The position numbers were made by a program, and so were the translations under genes. The notes under the pieces are model-generated. The model was not told the origin of the DNA. It saw only the letters and a program-made list of their open reading frames with translations, and made no database searches. Positions 16,118-22,817 of a stretch of 22,817 nucleotides of DNA are shown here, one piece after another (the stretch's first letter is position 1; every line of letters starts with the position of its first letter). Source of the DNA: a virus (Duplodnaviria > Heunggongvirae > Uroviricota > Caudoviricetes); IMG/VR virus record IMGVR_UViG_3300013126_000015, positions 1-22,817 of that record; one strand, written 5' to 3'.

Positions 16118-16708
16118 ATGGGATTAGATATGTTTTTTCATGGTGAGAAAATACTATCACCAAAATCGAAGGTTGAACGGAAATTAATCAATGAATTAAA
16201 TAATTATCCATTCACTGATAATGAAATCAAAGAATTGGATGATGAGAATGATTACCTATATGTGTCTGATTGGCATAATGCTGTATTGAATACGTTGGTT
16301 AATGCTAGGAAATATACTGGTCAAATTGGCGAAATAAAAGGAATAAAACGAAAAATTAATAAAAGTGGAAAACAACATTGGACTATTATAACTGAGTCAT
16401 GGTATCTACGCAAAGCTAATGCTATCCATCAATGGTTTATAGTTCATGCACAGAACGGTGTTGATGATTGTGGTACATATCCTATCGATCATGTATTGGA
16501 TGACTTTATAGCGCAAGCTAATGATGTTTTGAATGGTGTTAAAACAGCTCAGGACACCATACCAACACAGTCAGGGTTTTTCTTTGGTGGTACTGATTAT
16601 GATGAATACTATTACCACAATTTGCGCGAAACACGACAACAATTTAAAAGAATGGTTGCAAAATGCAGAAAAAATAAATGGAATTATTTTTATCATTCAT
16701 CATGGTAA
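16118..16708 (+). CDS. Conserved phage hypothetical protein
   Basis: MGLDM, YLRKANAIHQWF and PTQSGFFFG motifs of a common phage family. Confidence 0.85.
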   Translation: MGLDMFFHGEKILSPKSKVERKLINELNNYPFTDNEIKELDDENDYLYVSDWHNAVLNTLVNARKYTGQIGEIKGIKRKINKSGKQHWTIITESWYLRKANAIHQWFIVHAQNGVDDCGTYPIDHVLDDFIAQANDVLNGVKTAQDTIPTQSGFFFGGTDYDEYYYHNLRETRQQFKRMVAKCRKNKWNYFYHSSW

Positions 16709-16770
16709 AGTAGTTGACAGAATTTAAAAATGGTGTATACTACCATCATCAAATCAATTAGGAAAACATC

Positions 16771-16998
16771 ATGAACACAGAACAATTGAAAGCATTATTA
16801 AATTCATGCAATGTAATGGTGCCACATGCAGATGAAGAGTCAATGAGAATTGATTTTGTGGCAGATGATGAAAACGCAGTGTATTGTACTGGAGAAGAAT
16901 CAGGTGAACAATACTTCATCGATCTGAACGATATTGATGTAAATGATTATAGGTTCTATCGTTTACAATTGGTTGATGTATTAGAAATTGAAAAATAA
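16771..16998 (+). CDS. Hypothetical acidic protein
   Basis: Promoter 16714/16736, AGGA RBS. Confidence 0.8.
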   Translation: MNTEQLKALLNSCNVMVPHADEESMRIDFVADDENAVYCTGEESGEQYFIDLNDIDVNDYRFYRLQLVDVLEIEK

Positions 16999-17058
16999 TA
17001 GTTGACATCAACCGATAATTGGATTATACTATACTCACTTTCTGAATAGGAGAACATC

Positions 17059-17376
17059 ATGAGTACCAGAAAAAGATTTGAAAAAGTAGCACAATTGATC
17101 GCCATTGCCAAGAATCCAATGATGGGAACCATTATCAACGACATTGCAAAAGAAGTTGAAGATGAGTTCAAAGAAGTATTGACTGGTAATGAAATTATGG
17201 TATCATGGTCAATAGGTGATGTACAATCACGATACATGGATAATCATGATACTGAAGCAGATGATTATCAAGATTTGACTGATGCCGATGCTCGTGATAT
17301 ACTGGTTAGAATTGAACGTAAACACGATGCTGACATTGGTATCAACTGGACAGTAATTGATGAATATACCAGTTGA
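17059..17376 (+). CDS. Conserved phage hypothetical protein
   Basis: WSIGDV...LTD..ARDIL...HDADIGINW motif; its stop TGA lies inside TTGACA 17373. Confidence 0.8.
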   Translation: MSTRKRFEKVAQLIAIAKNPMMGTIINDIAKEVEDEFKEVLTGNEIMVSWSIGDVQSRYMDNHDTEADDYQDLTDADARDILVRIERKHDADIGINWTVIDEYTS

Positions 17377-17407
17377 CAAACTCTAAAAAACATGGGATAA
17401 TATAATC

Positions 17408-17770
17408 TCAATAGCAAGTTAACCTAGATAATATATTGTAGGGTTCGAGGTGACCCAGCCATGTAAACGCTAGTTATTAAAGTTTATTATAAATTCGACT
17501 GCCATTATTAACTAACCCCCATAGGCGGAAAATGCGATGAATAGAATTAGAGATTCCACCGAATAAATCACTATTATTTTAGAGTTATGCACCAGTTTAG
17601 GACGGGTGTAAAAACAAAATCCTTTAACCGATATTGTACCATGTTGAATAGATAAGAAAACCATGGTACAATATCATTTATCGACGTGTTATCATTGCTG
17701 ACAAAAGCAATGACTGATCCTAGCAACGAAAATATAAAAAAATTCACTGATTTAAATAATGGATTAATAA
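17408..17770 (+). ncRNA. Candidate structured non-coding RNA region of unknown class
   Basis: Promoter TTGACA(17373)-N17-GATAAT; about 370 nt with no credible ORF; 14-bp stem 17630-43/17662-75 and 8-bp stem 17692-99/17706-13. Confidence 0.4.
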
Positions 17771-17782
17771 CTGGTAAATAAA

Positions 17783-18013
17783 ATGTTTCCAGTAAAATTA
17801 ACAGAATACTTACAAGAACAAATGATGGAAGGTCATGATGTTCATTATATTGCAGAACCAAAAAGTGATGCACTAACATGGGTTATCATTCCTACTCTTG
17901 AAGATTGGGTAATTATCTGTCAATGGTATGAAGGTTCTGAAAATTATGATCTGATCAATTTACAAGGTTGTGAATTGGAATATGTAAGAACTGTTGCAAC
18001 ATATAAGAAATAA
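17783..18013 (+). CDS. Hypothetical protein
   Basis: 76-aa ORF with normal composition; weak RBS. Confidence 0.65.
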   Translation: MFPVKLTEYLQEQMMEGHDVHYIAEPKSDALTWVIIPTLEDWVIICQWYEGSENYDLINLQGCELEYVRTVATYKK

Positions 18014-18048
18014 TGCTATAATAAATACTATAGAGATTGGAGAATATC

Positions 18049-18204
18049 ATGTCAACTATAGTTGAAAAAAATAAAAAAGTGGAATATGCGACACCAGAAC
18101 AAATAAAACGTCATGAAGAATTTATGGAAATCGCTGCTAGATTGATGATGATGGCAAATAATACTAAAAAAAATGCGCATATCAGAAATAACAATCAATC
18201 CTAA
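18049..18204 (+). CDS. 51-aa hypothetical protein (not in ORF track)
   Basis: GGAG RBS; MSTIVEKNKKVEYATPEQIKRHEEFMEIAARLMMMANN... Confidence 0.6.
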   Translation: MSTIVEKNKKVEYATPEQIKRHEEFMEIAARLMMMANNTKKNAHIRNNNQS

Positions 18205-18448
18205 TAAAAAGGTATTAGAACAATTATATTCTGATAAAATACATGCAGCATACGAGTTGTATGAATTATTTCAGAATATAACATCTGATTTTAGTAAATC
18301 ATCATCAGAATTATATGAAGATTCATTTGCAATTAAAATGATACATGAATTGGTTAGATTGATTGAATTATTACAAGAAGATAATGTACCAGATTCAACT
18401 CAAATAATAATAGCATTAAATGAATTGCTTGACTATTTCAACAAATAA
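18173..18448 (+). CDS. Hypothetical protein
   Basis: 91-aa helical-looking ORF starting MRISEI. Confidence 0.65.
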   Translation: MRISEITINPNKKVLEQLYSDKIHAAYELYELFQNITSDFSKSSSELYEDSFAIKMIHELVRLIELLQEDNVPDSTQIIIALNELLDYFNK

Positions 18449-18456
18449 TGCTATAG

Positions 18457-18607
18457 TATAGTTAAGACTGATAACTGCAATTGTCAGTAGATTGAAACGA
18501 TTATGGTTTGCAGACCATATAATACTTGGACTAAATAAGTCACTCACTAAAGTGAGTAATGTTGATAAGAATGCAACAGTATGTTATCGTTATCAGTCTT
18601 AACTATA
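18457..18607 (+). ncRNA. Multi-hairpin element closed by a 19-bp perfect inverted repeat (ncRNA or MITE)
   Basis: TATAGTTAAGACTGATAAC (18457-75) / GTTATCAGTCTTAACTATA (18589-607) encloses four short hairpins; it ends 4 bp before the first tRNA. Confidence 0.55.
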
Positions 18608-18611
18608 TTAC

Positions 18612-18692
18612 ACCCTCGTAGTTTAAATTGCAATAAAAACACCAAGCTCATAACTTGCGAGATTCTCAGTTGGATTCTGAGCGGGGGTACCA
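18612..18692 (+). tRNA. tRNA with CAU anticodon (Met or Ile2), non-canonical D/T loops
   Basis: Acceptor ACCCTCG/CGGGGGT, anticodon arm CAAG-CTCATAA-CTTG, T arm CTCAG-TTGGATT-CTGAG, encoded CCA. Confidence 0.8.
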
Positions 18693-18875
18693 TAAAAATA
18701 GTTTGCATGTTCTACCAAAATATGCTATAATGTATAAATAAACAGAATATGACGGTGTGTTGGAATGTATACAATCACGACTTAAAATCGTGCGCCTTCG
18801 GGATTGAGAGTGCGAGTCTCTCCACCGTTACCATAAAAATAGTTTGCATGTTCTATAAAAATATGCTATAATGTA
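18690..18875 (+). promoter_or_regulatory. Duplicated 45-bp tRNA promoter module (18690-18734, 18831-18875)
   Basis: 43/45 identical; TTGCAT-N17-TATAAT at 18703/18726 and 18844/18867. Confidence 0.85.
18751..18833 (+). tRNA. tRNA-Leu(UAA)
   Basis: GACGGTG/CACCGTT acceptor, CACGA-CTTAAAA-TCGTG, long variable arm, GAGAG-TGCGAGT-CTCTC, CCA. Confidence 0.92.
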
Positions 18876-18877
18876 AT

Positions 18878-18950
18878 AGCGGAGTAGAGAAGCAGTTATC
18901 TCGTTAGGCTCATAATCTAAAGACCGTGGGCGCACATCCCACCTCCGCTA
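18878..18950 (+). tRNA. tRNA-Met(CAU), fMet-like backbone, no encoded CCA
   Basis: AGCGGAG/CTCCGCT acceptor, GAGA/TCTC D stem, TTAGG-CTCATAA-TCTAA, GTGGG-CGCACAT-CCCAC. Confidence 0.88.
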
Positions 18951-18962
18951 CATTTCATAAAT

Positions 18963-19038
18963 GCGGATATGGTGTAAGTAGAAACATGAGAGTCTTCCAA
19001 ACTTTAGTCGAGAATGCAATTTTTCTCTATCCGCTCCA
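18963..19038 (+). tRNA. tRNA-Gly(UCC)
   Basis: GCGGATA/TATCCGC acceptor, U73, CCA, AGAGT-CTTCCAA-ACTTT, GAGAA-TGCAATTT-TTCTC. Confidence 0.9.
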
Positions 19039-19039
19039 A

Positions 19040-19864
19040 TTATGATATTATTGACAAGAATGCTGATTCTGGTGTATAATATCTATCTTCAAATATAAGA
19101 ACATTCCAACCCATATTTTTGATAATATTACATTTAATTCTATCACGATTCTGAACTTGTTTCAATGAATGATTTGATAATCCTGTTTCACGATAATGCC
19201 ATGGGCCATTCCATAAGATTGCAGTTTTAATATCGTGAATTATTATATCAGCATCCCATCCATTAAACATTGGTATATTATGTTCAACCATGATATAATG
19301 CTTGCAACATAACTCATATAACGTAATTTCATCTTTTGATCGTTTAATCATTTTTGCTGCTGACGCTTTACCACCTTTATATGCACCTTTATTTTGTGCA
19401 TATGTTTTGCATTCAGGTGAACAGGTTCTATTATTGTTTATACGTTTGAATGCTTTAAAACATGCAGTACAAAATCCTATTTTAGTATATGGTGATTTAT
19501 TGTCATATACTGATTGAACTTTTAATTTGATTTTATTTTTAGTCTCATTAGAATGATGTCTAGTATTTGCACAAGACCGAGAACAAAATAATCCATTCTT
19601 TGTATGTTCCTTATGACATTTTGGACAATACTTAATAACAACATTATGTGATTCAATATGTTGCGATAATCCAGATGATGTTAATTCTTTTTTGCATATA
19701 ATACAAGAACATTTTAATAAGAATTTTGTTGTTCCTTTACCACTATTTCTAGTTGATATATTTGTATGTTTTCTGATATAATGTGTATGAATACTTTGTG
19801 TTGAGAATGCTTGTTTACATTCTATACATGAGCATGCAGGTGATGTATAAATAGGATTAGACAT
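19040..19864 (-). CDS. Zn-finger-containing putative endonuclease (Vsr/DUF559-like C-terminus), likely homing endonuclease
   Basis: Two CxCxxC...H..H units, FCSRSC, and C-terminal DADII...ILWNGPWHY...RDRIK...GWNVLIF; its stop is 1 bp from the tRNA-Gly end. Confidence 0.7.
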   Translation of the reverse strand: MSNPIYTSPACSCIECKQAFSTQSIHTHYIRKHTNISTRNSGKGTTKFLLKCSCIICKKELTSSGLSQHIESHNVVIKYCPKCHKEHTKNGLFCSRSCANTRHHSNETKNKIKLKVQSVYDNKSPYTKIGFCTACFKAFKRINNNRTCSPECKTYAQNKGAYKGGKASAAKMIKRSKDEITLYELCCKHYIMVEHNIPMFNGWDADIIIHDIKTAILWNGPWHYRETGLSNHSLKQVQNRDRIKCNIIKNMGWNVLIFEDRYYTPESAFLSIIS

Positions 19865-19964
19865 AATTGATTACCTCTTTTAGTTGATTATGTTTAGATG
19901 ATAAGGGAAGGTGAGATTTCCCTTATCATTGTATTTATCATTTCCCACCTGCTCCAATAATATC

Positions 19965-20017
19965 TTGACAATCCAAAAATAATCCTGTATACTATCCCCA
20001 TACTTTAGGAGATGGTT
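19965..20017 (+). promoter_or_regulatory. Family-C promoter cassette (TTGACA...AATCCTG-TATACT-ATCCCCATACTTTA(A)GGAGAT); also at 20210, 22694, with variants at 10517, 20760, 21122 and a leader-only copy near 20482
   Basis: Near-identical blocks read directly from the sequence. Confidence 0.9.
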
Positions 20018-20206
20018 ATGAATAAATTACCTTGTACATGTTGTGGACAAGAAAAAGCTAATGGACACTGGTGGTCATTATCTAATTATCATGGTCTTAG
20101 TGGTAGATTCTGTCCTAAATGTTATGAAAAGGTCAGTCATGATCCATATGGTAATCCAAAACATCCAGAACAATATACTATGATTTTATTAAGAATGGGG
20201 AAATAA
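20018..20206 (+). CDS. Small CxxC...CxxC Zn-finger hypothetical protein
   Basis: CTCC and CPKC motifs; AGGAG RBS (ATG 20012 or 20018). Confidence 0.8.
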   Translation: MNKLPCTCCGQEKANGHWWSLSNYHGLSGRFCPKCYEKVSHDPYGNPKHPEQYTMILLRMGK

Positions 20207-20262
20207 TAGTTGACAATCAAACATAATCCTGTATACTATCCCCATACTTTAAGGAGATTGAC

Positions 20263-20484
20263 ATGTTCACACCAACCATTTTCAAACAACAAAAATCCAC
20301 ACTGGGTTACAATTATACTCAATTAAAAAAACGTATCAGGGAATGTGAAACAATTGGCGGCAATACTAAACAATATATTGTTCTATCATGCGCTGGATTT
20401 GTTAGACAATTTGATGTAAAAGAAATTACAGAAGAATTTTTGATTATCCAATCTGGACTTGTTCAATATAAAATTGTAAAATAA
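20263..20484 (+). CDS. Hypothetical protein
   Basis: Family-C cassette, AAGGAG RBS. Confidence 0.8.
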   Translation: MFTPTIFKQQKSTLGYNYTQLKKRIRECETIGGNTKQYIVLSCAGFVRQFDVKEITEEFLIIQSGLVQYKIVK

Positions 20485-20509
20485 TATCCCCATACTTTAG
20501 GAGATAATC

Positions 20510-20680
20510 ATGAAATTCTCAACTGATAAAAAGAATAATAGATTCAATCGTAGACCTAATCAACGAGTAGATTATTTTTTACGATGGAAACGATATACAG
20601 ATAAGAATTTCAAATTTAAAACTGGTATGAAGCAATCATTATTTCTGTATAAATTCACGAAAAAAATATATGTTATGTGA
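20510..20680 (+). pseudogene. Short ORF or decayed gene behind a promoter-less family-C leader
   Basis: AGGAG plus ATG 20510 gives 56 aa of atypical basic composition; an alternative frame to ~20790 is interrupted by TAG and TGA. Confidence 0.35.
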
Positions 20681-20815
20681 TGATATTCCATCTTATAAAT
20701 TGTATCTGGTAAATGGTACATTATCCAGATCAATGTTTGCAACTAAAATAAAAAGATCCTTGACAATCAAACATAATCCTGTATAATAATATCATAACTT
20801 AACCGGGAGTATATC

Positions 20816-21133
20816 ATGAAAACTAGAAAATATACCATGTATTCAGATGGTGGGCATGGATGGTTAAAGGTTGCAAAACTCGAATTGCAATGGTATGATG
20901 TTGGTGAACAAATTTCACCATATTCATATCAACGTGGCGATTATGCCTATCTTGAAGAAGATTGTGATGCTCCAAAATTCATTAAGGCATTAGATGAACG
21001 TGGTTATACTATCACAATTGTTGAAAAAACGTCAACTAAACAAAGTAAAATCAGATCATATGAACGGTATCTGACACCAGTGTATGAGAAACAAGTAACT
21101 GAATGGATTAAATCAGAACCCTTGACAATCTAA
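20816..21133 (+). CDS. Conserved phage hypothetical protein
   Basis: DGGHGWLKV...ISPYSYQ...YLEEDCD motif; ends PLTI across TTGACA 21122. Confidence 0.85.
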   Translation: MKTRKYTMYSDGGHGWLKVAKLELQWYDVGEQISPYSYQRGDYAYLEEDCDAPKFIKALDERGYTITIVEKTSTKQSKIRSYERYLTPVYEKQVTEWIKSEPLTI

Positions 21134-21180
21134 AATAATCCTGTATAATATACCCACATTAACCAATTAGGAGAAAGAAA

Positions 21181-21363
21181 ATGATTATTCCTTGGCAAGT
21201 TAGTACAGAAAACGAATATGCCTACGCTAGTGTTGCGGGGTTGGTAAACATAACTATCAAACAAGACGCAGAAGGAATTGTGATTGATGTTTGGAACAAC
21301 GATAGTACAGAAATTATTGATTCAATGACCGTGTGGAATGAAGATATGGAAGGTGACGAATGA
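21181..21363 (+). CDS. Hypothetical acidic protein
   Basis: AGGAG RBS; EGIVIDVW motif. Confidence 0.8.
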   Translation: MIIPWQVSTENEYAYASVAGLVNITIKQDAEGIVIDVWNNDSTEIIDSMTVWNEDMEGDE

Positions 21364-21472
21364 GTATTGTATTATGTTTTAAATCTACCGTATAACTATA
21401 TAAAATAATTGTTGACAATAGCCACGGATGGCATTATAATATACCCACTTTCAAACGAACTGGAGAACTACC

Positions 21473-21688
21473 ATGTTAGCACAATCAGAAATGTATCAAG
21501 CAGGTTTTAATGATTATATGAATGGCGAGTGCAATGCCCCCAGTAATATAGATGATGCACAAGAATACCTAGATGGATGGTATGATGGTCAGTTTGATGC
21601 TGACACTGACTATGATTCAGAATTGTTAAAAAGGATTGAATTAACTTCAGAATTATATGAAAACGAACACCTGTACTTTGAACAATAA
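21473..21688 (+). CDS. Hypothetical acidic protein
   Basis: Hybrid B/A cassette, GGAG RBS. Confidence 0.8.
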   Translation: MLAQSEMYQAGFNDYMNGECNAPSNIDDAQEYLDGWYDGQFDADTDYDSELLKRIELTSELYENEHLYFEQ

Positions 21689-21700
21689 CAACGTGTAAAT

Positions 21701-21731
21701 CATGAAGAAAGGGATGATCCCTTTCTTCATG
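21701..21731. terminator. 14-bp hairpin between convergent genes (possibly bidirectional terminator)
   Basis: CATGAAGAAAGGGA-TGA-TCCCTTTCTTCATG, overlapping the HNH gene's stop. Confidence 0.7.
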
Positions 21732-22353
21732 TGATATTACTGCCTTTTCGTAAATTATCTATTGCCCATAATGGCTGAAGATTGGTATAATGATTTAATT
21801 TTATTAGTTCATCTTCTGTTTTTGCTGACTTTAATGGTATAATATGGTCAATGTGCCATTCACTTCTATTATCCCAATTCATACCATCTTTAAATTGTGA
21901 TTCTATATGAATATATAATTCTTCAAAACTACATCCTAAAATTTCATATGTTTTGGATGTTTTAGAATATCCTTTACTTGTAATAGATTTTCTAATCAAT
22001 GATTTCATTCGAACTTTTAATGCAAAGATAGTATCATTAGCAATTCTCTGTTTAATATATTCGTTATTATATTTTCTTTCTCTATCTCGAATAGTGTCGG
22101 ATTTTGTTAATCTATATTCATTTTGATATTCTCTATGCTGTTTATTGTATTCTTCTCTATTTTGTTCCCTATACTGCTGTTTGTATTTTCTATCATACTC
22201 TTGAAATTTATCTTTATTCATTAGTACATGTTCTTTCCTGCATTGTTTGCATTGAAATACATGCCCATCTTTTGTTGACTTGTCTTTATAAAAATCTGAT
22301 ATAGGTTTAATAATGTTGCATTTAGTACAACATTTAGTTTGATAAATATCCAT
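21727..22353 (-). CDS. Free-standing HNH endonuclease with N-terminal CxxC/CxxC Zn finger and charged helical linker
   Basis: CTKC...CKQC; WHIDHIIPL...NHYTNLQPLWAIDNLRKG; GGAGG RBS. Confidence 0.85.
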   Translation of the reverse strand: MDIYQTKCCTKCNIIKPISDFYKDKSTKDGHVFQCKQCRKEHVLMNKDKFQEYDRKYKQQYREQNREEYNKQHREYQNEYRLTKSDTIRDRERKYNNEYIKQRIANDTIFALKVRMKSLIRKSITSKGYSKTSKTYEILGCSFEELYIHIESQFKDGMNWDNRSEWHIDHIIPLKSAKTEDELIKLNHYTNLQPLWAIDNLRKGSNIT

Positions 22354-22481
22354 GCTGATGCCTCCGGTGGTGTTAGAATAGTTGGGTACGCCAATACCGC
22401 GAACTATATCTTTTATTTATCATTCATAATTATATCCCCACATATAATATAAATAGAATTTTATAACATGGAAAAATAAAC

Positions 22482-22676
22482 ATGAAGGACATTAGCAAAG
22501 AATTAGCGCAAGAACTTGGCACAAGAATTGCCAACTTATTACAAGTTAAAGAAATTGGTAGAGATAGATATAAAACCTCATTAGGTGTTAGAGAATCTGA
22601 AGGACTAGGGAGGGTATTAAATACTATCATAAATGACATTGAACGCAAATCAAAAAAAGAATCAAGAGGGGCTTAA
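22482..22676 (+). CDS. Hypothetical protein
   Basis: 64-aa ORF followed by a terminator. Confidence 0.7.
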   Translation: MKDISKELAQELGTRIANLLQVKEIGRDRYKTSLGVRESEGLGRVLNTIINDIERKSKKESRGA

Positions 22677-22688
22677 AGCCCCTTTTTT
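22667..22688 (+). terminator. Intrinsic terminator
   Basis: AGGGGCT-TAA-AGCCCCT followed by a T-run. Confidence 0.8.
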
Positions 22689-22746
22689 AATGCTTGACAT
22701 TTTAAAATAATCCTGTATACTATCCCCATACTTTAAGGAGATGGTC

Positions 22747-22817
22747 ATGAAATATCATGAATTATTTGAAACAATACAATCAGAATTTAATACGGAATTG
22801 GCGATTAACGCAATTGC
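22747..22817 (+). CDS. 3'-truncated hypothetical protein
   Basis: Family-C cassette (22694), AAGGAG RBS, MKYHELFETIQSEF..., open to the window end. Confidence 0.7.
   Translation, partial: MKYHELFETIQSEFNTELAINAI

Noticed and set aside
17400-17780. tmRNA, RNase P RNA or group I/II intron
   Set aside because: The GGTTCGA, ATTCGAC and TCCACC fragments are in the wrong order or context for one- or two-piece tmRNA. I found no tag ORF, no GAGGAAAGUCC, and no intron P7 or domain V motifs.
20510-20790. Stop-codon reassignment suggested by a long alternative frame with TAG/TGA
   Set aside because: All other genes read normally in code 11 with all three stops used, and there is no suppressor tRNA.
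18733-22455. T4-type late promoters TATAAATA (18733, 19846, 22448)
   Set aside because: An all-A/T 8-mer is expected several times by chance at this composition, and one copy is antisense inside a gene.
488-22648. Overlapping shadow ORFs in the track (488..814, 2679..2891, 3330..3539, 3343..3558, 4836..5033, 5320..5613, 5628..5819, 5840..6118, 8617..8856, 9524..9730, 11334..11543, 12868..13050, 14345..14536, 14868..15209, 15348..15551, 15885..16163, 16533..16727, 16956..17237, 17574..17879, 19302..19517, 22104..22304, 22430..22648)
   Set aside because: They overlap better-supported genes, lack a convincing RBS and show no recognisable motifs.

Overview
AT-rich (roughly 30% GC by eye) segment of a large lytic dsDNA tailed phage genome, most likely its early / host-takeover region. 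No structural, packaging, integrase or replisome genes are present. About 45 mostly short + strand genes sit in a near one-promoter-per-gene array. I counted 30 + strand TTGACA boxes with a -10 hexamer 16-18 bp downstream, many belonging to a few repeated promoter-leader-RBS families. Recognisable products are a compact sigma-70-family factor, a stand-alone HD-GYP phosphodiesterase, two AAA+ ATPases (one MoxR-like, paired with a HExxH/vWA protein), three H-x-x-x-G-P-A (MORN/YwqK-like) repeat proteins, an RTX Ca-binding repeat protein, three free-standing minus-strand endonucleases and four tRNA genes (CAU, Leu-UAA, CAU, Gly-UCC). The most unusual signals are non-coding: (i) a GC-rich ~47-nt hairpin element in three copies, each between convergent promoters with no conserved ORF; (ii) six same-strand copies of GTTCCCGCTGC in two clusters; (iii) promoter cassettes carrying internal palindromes, one with a compensatory change; (iv) two promoter-preceded structured non-coding regions (17.4-17.8 kb, 18.46-18.61 kb); (v) four tRNAs that all lack the TPsiC and D-loop GG consensus, with apparently co-varying elbow bases. 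All family assignments rest on motif recognition; no database search was run.
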